Positions 49,380-58,731 of a stretch of 64,000 nucleotides of DNA are shown here, in pieces. The notes below the pieces were generated by a model. It ran no database searches and had not been told where the DNA came from. It saw only the letters and a list, made by a program, of their open reading frames with translations. The DNA comes from Candidatus Nomurabacteria bacterium. Its GTDB lineage: Bacteria > Patescibacteriota > Dojkabacteria > SC72 > JAHDCA01. Each line of letters begins with the position of its first letter. Position 1 is the first letter of the stretch. Both the position numbers and the translations under genes were made by a program. The DNA lies in assembly GCA_020632375.1 (NCBI GenBank), contig JACKFR010000002.1, positions 51,995 to 115,994 on the forward strand, read 5' to 3'.

Positions 49380-49456
49380 TGGTGGGCGATGCGGGACTCG
49401 AACCTGCGACCCCTACAGTGTCATTGTAGTGCTCTAACCAGCTGAGCTAACCGCCC
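49380..49456 (-). tRNA. tRNA-Val (anticodon GAC), with CCA encoded.
   Basis: Reverse complement reads GGGCGGTTAGCTCAGCTGGTTAGAGCACTACAATGACACTGTAGGGGTCGCAGGTTCGAGTCCCGCATCGCCCACCA. Cloverleaf with a 7-bp acceptor stem, the anticodon loop AT-GAC-AC, a T-loop TTCGAGT, and one A-C mismatch in the T-stem. Confidence 0.85.
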
Positions 49457-49507
49457 ATTTATATTCTATGGCTGATTTTACAGTAAAACTAGCTTTGCAT
49501 AAAGCTT

Positions 49508-50107
49508 TTATTTTGAGGCTCTTCTCTTTCTGTGGGTAATGACTTCATCAATTAATCCGTACTCTTTTGCTTCTTTCGCTGTCATGTACTTGTCTCTGTC
49601 TCCGTCTTGTTCGACTTTTTTAAACGGTTGTCCAGAAAATTCGGATAGAAGCTTATTGAGCTGCTCCTTAACCTTGATAATTTCATCTGCATGGATTTTT
49701 ATATCGCTTGCCTGACCGCCAAGCCTGTTTATAAGAGGTTGATGTATCAGAATTTTTGAGTTTGGAAGAGCCATTCTTTTACCTTTAGTTCCACCTGCAA
49801 GTAATACTGATCCCATCGACTGTGCAACGCCTACGCATATTGTCGAGACATCACAGGAGATATACCTCATAGTGTCTAACACTGCTAATCCAGCGTCAAC
49901 CTGGCCACCATAAGAGTTAACAAACATCTGGATCTCTTTATCAGGGTTTTCTTTCTCAAGAAAAAGAAGTTGTGCAATAATTGTATTAGCCATTTCAATT
50001 CCAATGTCACCGCTTACAAATACGATTCGATCTTTTAGAAGTCTAGAATATATATCATATGCTCTTTCGCCTTGCGGCTCTTTCTCAATTACTGTTGGTA
50101 TAAGCAT
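49508..50107 (-). CDS. clpP: ATP-dependent Clp protease proteolytic subunit
   Basis: 199 aa. Active-site Ser context [16 protein letters not shown]. Confidence 0.9.
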   Translation of the reverse strand: MLIPTVIEKEPQGERAYDIYSRLLKDRIVFVSGDIGIEMANTIIAQLLFLEKENPDKEIQMFVNSYGGQVDAGLAVLDTMRYISCDVSTICVGVAQSMGSVLLAGGTKGKRMALPNSKILIHQPLINRLGGQASDIKIHADEIIKVKEQLNKLLSEFSGQPFKKVEQDGDRDKYMTAKEAKEYGLIDEVITHRKRRASK

Positions 50108-50128
50108 TGCTTTTTAGCTGAGATAAAT

Positions 50129-51250
50129 TTATTTTTTGCTACTGGCCTTTGCCTTCTTGTCTGAGGTCTGTACTTTAGCGACTTTCTCAACAAAATCTTT
50201 ATATGCTTTCTGCTTCATTATAAAAGTTCGGATTTGTGATCTCCAGTTCTCATCTTTATATGCTTCTTCGTTGAAGTTACTCTCGTGATTGTGGCCTTTG
50301 TGTACTTCTTCATATCTTGCTTTATCTGCTTTTTTAATTTTTGCAATTTCATCCTCTAGTTCTTTTTCAGTAACTTCGATCTTTTTGTCTAAAGCATAGG
50401 TTTTAAACAGTACATCGCTTTCAAGTGCATCCTGAGAGTCTTTTTTCCACATTTCTTTTAGCTCATCAAATTTGACGCCTTGTCTTTTACAGAATTCTGC
50501 AATACTTAAATTCATGGCTTTTACATCTTTTTTAAAAGCTTCTTCTCTTTCTTTCGCTTCATATTCAATAGCAATAAGTGGGATTTTAATTTTCGATAGC
50601 TCTACAGCTTGTTTGATTGCTTCTGCAATTGCTAATCTTTCGGAATAGACTTCTTTCTGAGCCTCGATTACCTTTATAACTTCCTTCTTCAGGCCTTCAA
50701 GTGTCTTTATACCTTCAAACTTGTACAGTTTTGCGATCTCTTTTGCCCAGCTGTCATTAATCTTTTTGGCTTTCACTTTAGATTTATTACTTTCAAACAT
50801 GTTGTTAAGCGTTTCTTCGATTTCTTTTGGCAAAGCCTTCGTGCTTTCTTTTTTCAACTTGATTTGTGACAATGATCCTAATTTAAACTCTGGCATTGTA
50901 GTGACTTTTACGGTGAAAACTATTTTGTGACCTCTTTTTAGCTCTTTTAGATCTGTATATTCAGGTGGAGCGATTGGCTTTAAAGATTCTTTAATAATTG
51001 CTGCATTGACGTAATAGGGAGCAATTCTTTCAAAAGTCTCTGTTAAGATAAGCGACTCTAAATTCGGCTCAACTATGCTTTGAGGGACTTTCCCTTTTCT
51101 GAACCCTTTGATATTAGTTGCCTGGCTCCTTTGCTTTAAAAGAAGGTTATATGACTCTTCGAATGCATCCGCTGGAATTTTCATTTTAAGATGGACTTCT
51201 TGGTCTGATATCTCAACTTTCTCGTAAAATTTGTTTGTTTCCATTAACAC
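50129..51250 (-). CDS. tig: Trigger factor
   Basis: N-terminal ribosome-binding signature GFRKGKVP. Conserved clpP-tig synteny. Confidence 0.85.
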   Translation of the reverse strand: MLMETNKFYEKVEISDQEVHLKMKIPADAFEESYNLLLKQRSQATNIKGFRKGKVPQSIVEPNLESLILTETFERIAPYYVNAAIIKESLKPIAPPEYTDLKELKRGHKIVFTVKVTTMPEFKLGSLSQIKLKKESTKALPKEIEETLNNMFESNKSKVKAKKINDSWAKEIAKLYKFEGIKTLEGLKKEVIKVIEAQKEVYSERLAIAEAIKQAVELSKIKIPLIAIEYEAKEREEAFKKDVKAMNLSIAEFCKRQGVKFDELKEMWKKDSQDALESDVLFKTYALDKKIEVTEKELEDEIAKIKKADKARYEEVHKGHNHESNFNEEAYKDENWRSQIRTFIMKQKAYKDFVEKVAKVQTSDKKAKASSKK

Positions 51251-51345
51251 AGAATTTTATATTATTAATTAATCTCCAGGCGGTTTGTCTGTGATTTTTA
51301 GGCGATTGTAAAAATGTGACTTATGCTCTAGAAACCGAGGTTATT

Positions 51346-52059
51346 CTATATCTTGCGATACACTTTGTCCAGCAAACCCACTACTACAAGCCTTTTTTCA
51401 GAAGTCCATTTCGGCGTACATGTGATGAGCGAGATTTTGTATTCTTTGCCGGATTGTAGAACAGATCTATCAGTTTTCTTTACAACAGATGTCTTGATGA
51501 CTGTATAGGTATAGTTAATGTCTCCTTTTTGCTTGATATAGATCTTATCCCCCACTTTCACTTTGTCTAGATTAAAGAAAGTATTTTTGCTCGGTGGGAG
51601 TTCTGCAAATCTATGACCAATTACAATAAAATTACCTTCTTCACCCGGGCCAACAGAGAGGGGGAAGTGCCACGGACCCAGATCCATTGTATGGGCGTTT
51701 TCTCCATCGTGAACATGACCGGCAATATTAACTGAGGGGACTTCTATTTCCGTTTCCATCTCTTCGAGACGAGAGGTGAATTTTCCTTCATTTTGGTGCT
51801 GGGCAAGAGTGTCTTTACTAACATATTCAAGAGCATTTATGTTGTCAAAGTCTCTTTCGTATACGTCTGGCGAATCAAGTGAGACACTTGTTAGAGTTAT
51901 CAGAGAAGCACTTTGTGCTATATCTCTAATATCAATTCCTTTTGCCGTAATAGAGATGTCGTTGTAAAAGGGATAAAGCAGAAGCCCCCCTGTAGTCAAA
52001 ATAAAAAGACAGGAAATAATCAGACTTATAATCTTAATTGTTATGCTGCGTAGTTTCAT
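51346..52059 (-). CDS. Sortase with an N-terminal membrane anchor.
   Basis: 237 aa. His context FIVIGHRF, Cys motif ISLITCTP, and Arg (KRLVV). Confidence 0.7.
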   Translation of the reverse strand: MKLRSITIKIISLIISCLFILTTGGLLLYPFYNDISITAKGIDIRDIAQSASLITLTSVSLDSPDVYERDFDNINALEYVSKDTLAQHQNEGKFTSRLEEMETEIEVPSVNIAGHVHDGENAHTMDLGPWHFPLSVGPGEEGNFIVIGHRFAELPPSKNTFFNLDKVKVGDKIYIKQKGDINYTYTVIKTSVVKKTDRSVLQSGKEYKISLITCTPKWTSEKRLVVVGLLDKVYRKI

Positions 52060-52230
52060 TTTTTGATGATACCAGAGAAGTCATATATTTTGTATCGTGG
52101 GTAGGTTAGAAGAGATCATTGAGAGGAGAAAATTATTTTGTAATTCCAATTATTGGGGTCCGGATTGCACCCATTATGGGGTTGATGTACAATGTCCTGT
52201 ATAGAAAGTTAATTTATAATCCTATTGCAA

Positions 52231-53190
52231 ATGGCTAACAGTAAAAAGAGATCTACTCAAGCTCCCAGCGAAGCCGAGAATATCCCCAAAGATAAGAAAA
52301 TGGTCGATAAGGTGAATCAACAGATGGCTTCTGATGATAGCACTATAGCTCGATTAATTGGGCTTGGTCTAGTTATAGTCGGGGTAGTATTTATTGTTCT
52401 TGCTGCTGTTGTGATAATCTTATCTCGCAGAGATCCCAAAATTGATGATAATATTGGTGCTCCTACTCTTGAAATCTCTGAAGCCACAAATCTCGATTAT
52501 GTTTTGATCAGCGGTACGGCAGATAAAAAATCTAAGGTTATTTTCTATCTTGATGACAAAAAACAAGATGACGAGATTACCGTGGGATCTGACGGGAGTT
52601 TTGAATACAAATTGCCTATTGAAGATGAAGGCGAGTATGATATCCAAGCAGCAACTGTTAAAGGGTTTCCTTTGAAACGAAGAAGTGAAAAGTCAGAGCC
52701 GGTTATTGTACTTGTCGATAGGACTGCACCTGCTGACAAAGCAAAGCTGACATATGATAAGACAACTGTGAGTGGTAAGGTTACTGTAAGTGGTAGTGTA
52801 GAGCCTGGGGTTACAGTTACAATTTTATCTGGTGAAGAGACTTATTCAACCACATCAGATGATAGTGGAAAGTTTAAAATAAAAGGCGTGAAAATCAATG
52901 CTTCAGAAGCGAGGTTTTCTGTGGTACTAGAAGATAAGGCTGGTAATAAAACTGAGCTAAGCCAAAAGGTTGTTGTCGAATACCCAGCATATGCCTCCGC
53001 TGGAGATCTAAATGGTGATGGTGTTATAGATGCAAATGATAATCCGAATTTACCAGAAGCAGCTGGTGAGATTGAAAACGCATTTGCATTCCTCTTCGGA
53101 AATCAACTGATGACTCTGTTTGCACTCAGTGCACTTGGATTATTTGCTGTAAATAGCGGTGTAGTTCTTGTTAAAGCTAAGAAAAACTAA
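52231..53190 (+). CDS. Secreted Ig-like-repeat surface protein with a C-terminal anchor (LPEAAG, hydrophobic helix, KAKKN). Putative sortase substrate.
   Basis: The track ORF starts at a TTG at 52225; the first ATG is at 52231. Repeated beta-rich modules (VSGKVTVSGSVEPGVTVTIL...). C-terminus reads NLPEAAGEIENAFAFLFGNQLMTLFALSALGLFAVNSGVVLVKAKKN. Divergent from the sortase gene. Confidence 0.55.
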   Translation: MANSKKRSTQAPSEAENIPKDKKMVDKVNQQMASDDSTIARLIGLGLVIVGVVFIVLAAVVIILSRRDPKIDDNIGAPTLEISEATNLDYVLISGTADKKSKVIFYLDDKKQDDEITVGSDGSFEYKLPIEDEGEYDIQAATVKGFPLKRRSEKSEPVIVLVDRTAPADKAKLTYDKTTVSGKVTVSGSVEPGVTVTILSGEETYSTTSDDSGKFKIKGVKINASEARFSVVLEDKAGNKTELSQKVVVEYPAYASAGDLNGDGVIDANDNPNLPEAAGEIENAFAFLFGNQLMTLFALSALGLFAVNSGVVLVKAKKN

Positions 53191-53214
53191 TTCTTCGAAG
53201 TATGACATTGAGTT

Positions 53215-53245
53215 TTGGGGGAGCTGGTCTCCCCCATTCTTTTTC
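53215..53245 (+). terminator. Rho-independent terminator (GGGGGA-gctggtc-TCCCCC followed by ATTCTTTTTC).
   Basis: Read directly from the sequence. Confidence 0.45.
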
Positions 53246-53254
53246 TATCCTGAT

Positions 53255-53986
53255 TTAATTAACTGAATTGTGCCGCTTCAATTTTGTTTTCCACTCCCCA
53301 GAATAAACTCCTAAGTGAAGCTGCTTTGACAAATTTTCTACAGTAACGTCTCTTTGTTCGAGCGATATATGGTTTGGGGTGTTGTTTGTTCTTATTAAGA
53401 TCCAGAGCTTATCGCCTATCATTCCAGTTATTGCTGCTGTTGATTTGGTCAACGACTTCAGATCTTGAACCGAGAAAAAAGCATAATATGATGTTCCGTC
53501 TTCTCTTTTGTGAGGTGGATGAGTATGCATGTTAAATAAATATACAACTTCAATTTTTTTGGGGGCTTTTTTATAGTAAACGTCTTTTTTAGAATAGAGC
53601 TTTCCGTCAAGGTGTACTTCTCTACTCCAGTACTCTCTCTTTTTTGTGGGGACGTAGCTTACGCGAATATTCGCAGATGGTGTTACTGAGCTGGTTGTTC
53701 CTTTTATTGCAGAAGAGAGGATAAGTTCACCGTCAGCCCAAAATACTGAAATCGCTCTCTCATAGCCGTCGCTTCTCGTAGCTTTAAAAAGCTTTATAAC
53801 TTGGGCCCAAAATTCGGACGGGAAACTAATATGCTCTGGTAACTGGTATTCGTAAGGGTATCCTTCGGTTTTTCCCCACTTTCTCATCTTTGAATAGAGC
53901 TGATAGAAAGTGTAGTTGTTTGGTGTTGATCCCCAAAATATAGAACTAAGAAATTGTTTAATCATGAGATAAATATAGCGAAGCAA
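53255..53986 (-). CDS. Hypothetical protein, possibly JAB/MPN-like metal-binding (HTHP...SVQD).
   Basis: 243-aa ORF. The motif NMHTHPPH...FFSVQD resembles HxH...SxxD, but the spacing is non-canonical. Confidence 0.4.
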   Translation of the reverse strand: MLRYIYLMIKQFLSSIFWGSTPNNYTFYQLYSKMRKWGKTEGYPYEYQLPEHISFPSEFWAQVIKLFKATRSDGYERAISVFWADGELILSSAIKGTTSSVTPSANIRVSYVPTKKREYWSREVHLDGKLYSKKDVYYKKAPKKIEVVYLFNMHTHPPHKREDGTSYYAFFSVQDLKSLTKSTAAITGMIGDKLWILIRTNNTPNHISLEQRDVTVENLSKQLHLGVYSGEWKTKLKRHNSVN

Positions 53987-54077
53987 TTGATATAGGGCAA
54001 GCTGCTTCTATGTATTGAATATTTACTTCCTTGTCGCTTCTAAATAGAATAATTGCAAATTAGGATACTGGATAACT

Positions 54078-54728
54078 ATGACCTGGTTAAATAAAAATTT
54101 ACTTTGGCTCATTGTTGGGATTATTGCTTTGTATGTTGCAGGGGCTTTTGCTGCACCAGTCTTTATGGTTAGAGGAGACAAAGAAGTAGCAGGCAGAATA
54201 TATCGCTTCTATGGGCAATTTTGCCATCAAAGGGTTGAAAGATCAGTGTTTCTATTCGGCAAAGAGAGTATTTTTACTACGTATTCGGTAAGCGAATTAA
54301 AAGTGAAATCTGCAATTCCCGATGTCAACCCAGATGTTCGATTGAGTTATGCAACGACCTATTTCGGTCTCGGGTTTAATGGAAATCAAGAAGTCGGTTA
54401 TAAAGCGGCGATATGTATAAGAGACTTGGCTTTATATTTGTCTTTAGTTATTTCTTCTTCCGTTTATATTGCTTTTTCTAAAAAAAGAGAGCTAAATTTC
54501 CAGATGAACTGGAAGTTTCTTTTAGTGTTGATCCTTCCATTAATTGTAGATGGCGGATTCCAGGTAGTTGCTGAGTCTTTAAAGTTAAGCTGGGTTCCTC
54601 AAGCATATTTTGATAATAACCCAAAACGTGTAATAACCGGGGTGCTGTTTGGAACTGGAATAGCGCTTTTAATCTTCCCACCTCTTAAAAAATCTCTTGA
54701 AGAAGCGGGTGATACTGTTTCAGATTAG
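54078..54728 (+). CDS. DUF2085-like membrane protein.
   Basis: Has FCHQRVERSVF and multiple TM helices. Confidence 0.45.
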   Translation: MTWLNKNLLWLIVGIIALYVAGAFAAPVFMVRGDKEVAGRIYRFYGQFCHQRVERSVFLFGKESIFTTYSVSELKVKSAIPDVNPDVRLSYATTYFGLGFNGNQEVGYKAAICIRDLALYLSLVISSSVYIAFSKKRELNFQMNWKFLLVLILPLIVDGGFQVVAESLKLSWVPQAYFDNNPKRVITGVLFGTGIALLIFPPLKKSLEEAGDTVSD

Positions 54729-54741
54729 TGTATAATGTGGT

Positions 54742-55950
54742 ATGAAACAGCTCAATATTAAAAATATGAAGTCAAAGATAGAGATGTCAAAAAGATCAGG
54801 CGGTGAATCGAAGTCAAAAGGGCTGTCCTCAAGCAAGAAAATATCTTCAACTAGTTTTTTCACAACCAGATCTACTGATGTGTATAGAATCGAGATCTCT
54901 CCAAAATCAGTATTAATGCTTTTTGTTACTGTTGCAGCAATTTATCTCTTTATAAAGCTTTGGCCTGCTGTTTTAATTTTGTTCTTTGCTTTTGCAATTA
55001 CCTCTGCAGTACTTCCTTCGGTAAAAAAGATGCAATCGCTTGGGCTTGGGAAGCATTTAAGCGTTTTTGTGGTCTATCTGCTTTTTTTTGTATTTATGAT
55101 GTCGGTACTATTTATTATTGCTGTGCCTTTTGTAAATGAGCTTAAAACGCTTCTTCAAGATCTGCCAAGCTATCTTGATCACTTATCCATAAATATTGTT
55201 GAGACTGTTAACAAGATTCCTATGGTCTCGCTAGATGAGGCTGGAGTCGCTAGCGCAATCCAGAATTTTTATCAGGATAATATTTTGAAAGGTGGTGCAA
55301 CAGCAGGATTGGGCGGATTTCGCACTACATTCCAGACGCTTGGTACTGTCGGAACAGTCGTTGCTGGCTTTTTATTTTCTCTCAGTATTTCGGTCTACAT
55401 GGTGCTTGATCATGACTCTTTCTTAGATGTATTACTTCTCAGGATTAGCCACCCCAAAAAGCGAGCTCTTGTTAAGTCACTTATTGAAGATGTCGAGAGT
55501 AAGCTTGGAAATTGGCTCGTCGGACAAGGTACTGTCAGCCTTGCGGTTGGGATAATAAGCTGGGTCTTTCTTTTCTTTCTTGGCGTTCCATTTGCTTTAC
55601 CGTTAGCATTTCTTTCAGGTTTATTCACAACTGTTCCAAATATTGGCCCTTTCATCTCAGGTATACCAGCTGTGATAATTGGATTTCTTTCTGGAGATGC
55701 TGTAACAGCACTCGTGATCATTATTGGGTATATGATTATTCAGGAGATTGAGAGATCAGTTATTTCGCCTAAAGTTATGGGAAATGTAGTTGGTGTTAAG
55801 CCTCTCATTGTAATGGTGGGGATTTTAATCGGTCTAACTCTGGGTGGGGTTGTTGGAGCAATTCTTACTATCCCTACTCTGGTTATAATGAAAATCGGCC
55901 TTGATTTTTATCAGAGTCTTAAGAGACTGGAAGCCGAAGATTTATTGTAA
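54742..55950 (+). CDS. AI-2E family transporter / UPF0118 permease.
   Basis: 402 aa, about 8 TM. Its architecture matches PF01594-type permeases. Confidence 0.55.
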   Translation: MKQLNIKNMKSKIEMSKRSGGESKSKGLSSSKKISSTSFFTTRSTDVYRIEISPKSVLMLFVTVAAIYLFIKLWPAVLILFFAFAITSAVLPSVKKMQSLGLGKHLSVFVVYLLFFVFMMSVLFIIAVPFVNELKTLLQDLPSYLDHLSINIVETVNKIPMVSLDEAGVASAIQNFYQDNILKGGATAGLGGFRTTFQTLGTVGTVVAGFLFSLSISVYMVLDHDSFLDVLLLRISHPKKRALVKSLIEDVESKLGNWLVGQGTVSLAVGIISWVFLFFLGVPFALPLAFLSGLFTTVPNIGPFISGIPAVIIGFLSGDAVTALVIIIGYMIIQEIERSVISPKVMGNVVGVKPLIVMVGILIGLTLGGVVGAILTIPTLVIMKIGLDFYQSLKRLEAEDLL

Positions 55951-58693
55951 CTGTAGTTGGAAATCTTTCCATCAGGTGATATTATCTGTTAATATAAATA
56001 GCGTAAGATTTATAAACTCACGACCTGCCCATATGTTTGGATTTTCCAAAAGTTCTATAACTGCTAAAGACCAGATGGTTTACTACCATGAAGATTTTTC
56101 AGCAAAAGATCTTGATGAAACTCTTGTTGGTCGAAAGGGTTTGAGCTTGTTCGATCTCAGAGATATGGATGTTCCAGTCCCCGATTTTTTTGTTGTCTCG
56201 CCAAAAGTCTACAAAGAATTTCTTCTAAATGCTTTTGATAGTAAACTTGCTTCGCTTTTAGAGAAGGTCAGAAACCCCGCTTCAGAAGAAATTGAAAGAC
56301 TCATATTAAAAGGCAAGTTTTCTGAAGACTTTATTCAAGATTTTATGAGAGCGTATTCAAGGCTTTCAGGGTTTTCAAAAGCTTGGGTGTCAGTAAGATC
56401 TTCTGTTGTGTATCCTTCCAAACCGAAAGTTTCTTTTTCAGGGATTTTTTCTACTGAGCTAAGTCTACGTGGTCCAGAGCATGTTTTAGATTCTATTAAA
56501 CATGTTTACGCTTCGGTTTTTAAAGAGCAAGTGTTGGTTTACGCCAATCAGCATGAGATTGATCTAACCGAACTTGAAATGGGAGTTGTCGTGCAGAGGA
56601 TGGTTCAACCCGAGGTATCTGGAATCGCTTATACTCTTGACCCAATTACAAGCGATGATAAAAAGATGAGCATTGAGGCAGTCTTTGGGCTTGGTGATGT
56701 TATCGCAGACGGCACCTTGACTCCCGACCAATATTTCTTGGAAAAGAAGCGATTGGATGTTGTCGAAAAGCATATCTCTCCCCAGGAGTGGATGAAAATC
56801 AGAAAAGCTGGTGTAAGAGTTCCTGGTACTAAAGAAGAATTTGAGAAGATAAAGATTTCTTCTGCCTGGAGCCATCAACAGAAGCTTGAGGACAAAAATA
56901 TAAAGACAGTGGCAAAGATTGCCTTGATTGCTGAAGATCGTTCTTCAAGACCTCAGTCAATTGAGTGGGTTTGGGAAAGCGGAAATGTTTGGATTTTACA
57001 AAATAAGCCACTTACTCCAAAAGCAGACCTAGAGGAAATGAATAAAAATAGTGCCGAACAAGACTCTTCTGTTGTTGATGTTGCAATAGATATAGTTAAA
57101 GAAGAAAAATTGAAAAATAAAAAACTTAGAGATTCTGTGCCACAGCCAAAAAGTTCTGGAAAAAACTCAGATGACGACCAGATTGAGGTTTTAGATCGGC
57201 TCGGAGAAAAAATTAGGGTTTTGACTGAGCGTGCAAACAAAATTGACCAATCAAAAAAAGATAAGCTTGCAAAAAAACAAGCAGCATCACTTAGAAAGCT
57301 TGGCAAGAAGACTCTACAGCAAACCCCTGTGACTTCTACGTCTTCATCAAAAAGAAAATTTGAGTTTCTTCTTAGCGGTATCGGATCGAGTTTCGGAGAA
57401 GTTACGGGAGAGGTTCTTGTTATAGGAGATTCTGTGCCTAAAGATTTAGTTGTAACAAAAGACACCGTTTTAGTTATCGGGAAGTTTATATCTAAGATGA
57501 AACCTTATGTATTACAAGCTGGAGGAATCTTAATGGATGAAGGCGGTCTTACAAGTGATATATCGATTCTCTGTCGAGAAGCGAATATTCCTGCAGTTGT
57601 TGGAACTGGTTTGTCTTCGGCACTACTTCAGGATGGCGATTGGGTCAGAATCGATGGGAATATTGGTAGCATTTACAGATCAAAAGTGAGTTCTGAAACA
57701 AAGGTAGCAGCAGATAAGTCAGAAAAACCTGAACCACAAAATCAAGAAAGCACGAAGACAGCTTCCAAGAAAGACAATAAAAACAGCCCACAGATTGATG
57801 AGGATGATATTCCTCGGATTCCTACTGCAACAAAGGTTCTTATCAACATTGGTGAAGATGTAAGTGAAAAATACGAAAGAATAGTTAGCTCAATGGATGG
57901 CATTGCGTGGGTTGATATGGACTTGTTGATGCTTCATGAGGAAAAGCATCTTATGGCTTATGTAAAAGATGGAACATTTAAGAGTTATTCAAAGAAACTT
58001 GAGGAGATCCTTGATAAAGTTTCAGATTGGGCTGGCTCAAATGAAGCTATAGTCTCAATGGGTTCAATGAGTGTCGCCCATTTCAGGAACTTGGTTAAAG
58101 GGACATCTGGAGAGTTGAAAGAAGCTGCAGATGATCTCTCTGGCGCACCAAGACTTCTCTCAAACCGGAAATTATTCAGCCGATATTTAGGTATCTTTAA
58201 AAAAGTTCGTAATGTTTACCGTAGCCGTAATCTATCACTTGCGCTTCACGCCCCTCTTAATGGTGATATAATGAAAGAGCTTAAGAAGGAGATCTCTGCT
58301 TCCGGGCTTCGCCGCACAAGCACGTTTAATATATTTCCTGTTATTGAAAACACTTCTGAGCTTTTGCTACTTTCTGAAATTATTTCTGCAGGTGTAGATG
58401 GTGTTATTTTAAACACACCTCTTATTGCTCGCCAAATACAAGGACTTGGAGTTTATGACCAATCCGCCCTATATGATATTGAGGCTGGGAGTGTTTGGAA
58501 GGTGCTTGAGAAAGCCATTGAATTAGCGAAAGCAGAGAATATCAAGGTAATCGTAGTTTGCGAATCTTCAACCACACTTGTAAAGAAGTGTGTAGAATGG
58601 GGTGTATATGGAGTAGCTGTCTCTCCTAAGAGTGCGAAAGAGATAAAATCTGTTGTTTCTGAACAAGAAACAAAAATCATTCTTCGCAATTAG
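55901..58693 (+). CDS. PEP synthase / pyruvate-phosphate dikinase family protein (PpsA-like) with Asp at the phospho-His position.
   Basis: 930-aa ORF (the true start is possibly the ATG near 56033). It has a PPDK_N ATP-grasp domain (...VRSS...SFSG..., IEWVWESGNVWILQNKPL), a mobile domain GGLTSDISILCREANIPAVVGTG (compare the consensus GGxTSHAAIxARExGIPAVVG), and a C-terminal TIM-barrel-like domain. Confidence 0.7.
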   Translation: MIFIRVLRDWKPKIYCNCSWKSFHQVILSVNINSVRFINSRPAHMFGFSKSSITAKDQMVYYHEDFSAKDLDETLVGRKGLSLFDLRDMDVPVPDFFVVSPKVYKEFLLNAFDSKLASLLEKVRNPASEEIERLILKGKFSEDFIQDFMRAYSRLSGFSKAWVSVRSSVVYPSKPKVSFSGIFSTELSLRGPEHVLDSIKHVYASVFKEQVLVYANQHEIDLTELEMGVVVQRMVQPEVSGIAYTLDPITSDDKKMSIEAVFGLGDVIADGTLTPDQYFLEKKRLDVVEKHISPQEWMKIRKAGVRVPGTKEEFEKIKISSAWSHQQKLEDKNIKTVAKIALIAEDRSSRPQSIEWVWESGNVWILQNKPLTPKADLEEMNKNSAEQDSSVVDVAIDIVKEEKLKNKKLRDSVPQPKSSGKNSDDDQIEVLDRLGEKIRVLTERANKIDQSKKDKLAKKQAASLRKLGKKTLQQTPVTSTSSSKRKFEFLLSGIGSSFGEVTGEVLVIGDSVPKDLVVTKDTVLVIGKFISKMKPYVLQAGGILMDEGGLTSDISILCREANIPAVVGTGLSSALLQDGDWVRIDGNIGSIYRSKVSSETKVAADKSEKPEPQNQESTKTASKKDNKNSPQIDEDDIPRIPTATKVLINIGEDVSEKYERIVSSMDGIAWVDMDLLMLHEEKHLMAYVKDGTFKSYSKKLEEILDKVSDWAGSNEAIVSMGSMSVAHFRNLVKGTSGELKEAADDLSGAPRLLSNRKLFSRYLGIFKKVRNVYRSRNLSLALHAPLNGDIMKELKKEISASGLRRTSTFNIFPVIENTSELLLLSEIISAGVDGVILNTPLIARQIQGLGVYDQSALYDIEAGSVWKVLEKAIELAKAENIKVIVVCESSTTLVKKCVEWGVYGVAVSPKSAKEIKSVVSEQETKIILRN

Positions 58694-58731
58694 CTTACGC
58701 TCGAGATGACACTCTGTGGTATACTCCAGAG

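Noticed and set aside
49380-49456. Possible tRNA pseudogene, because of an A-C mismatch in the T-stem.
   Set aside because: Every other cloverleaf element is intact: a 7-bp acceptor stem, U33, A37, a TTCGAGT T-loop and an encoded CCA. A single mismatch is tolerated, so it is kept as a functional tRNA-Val.
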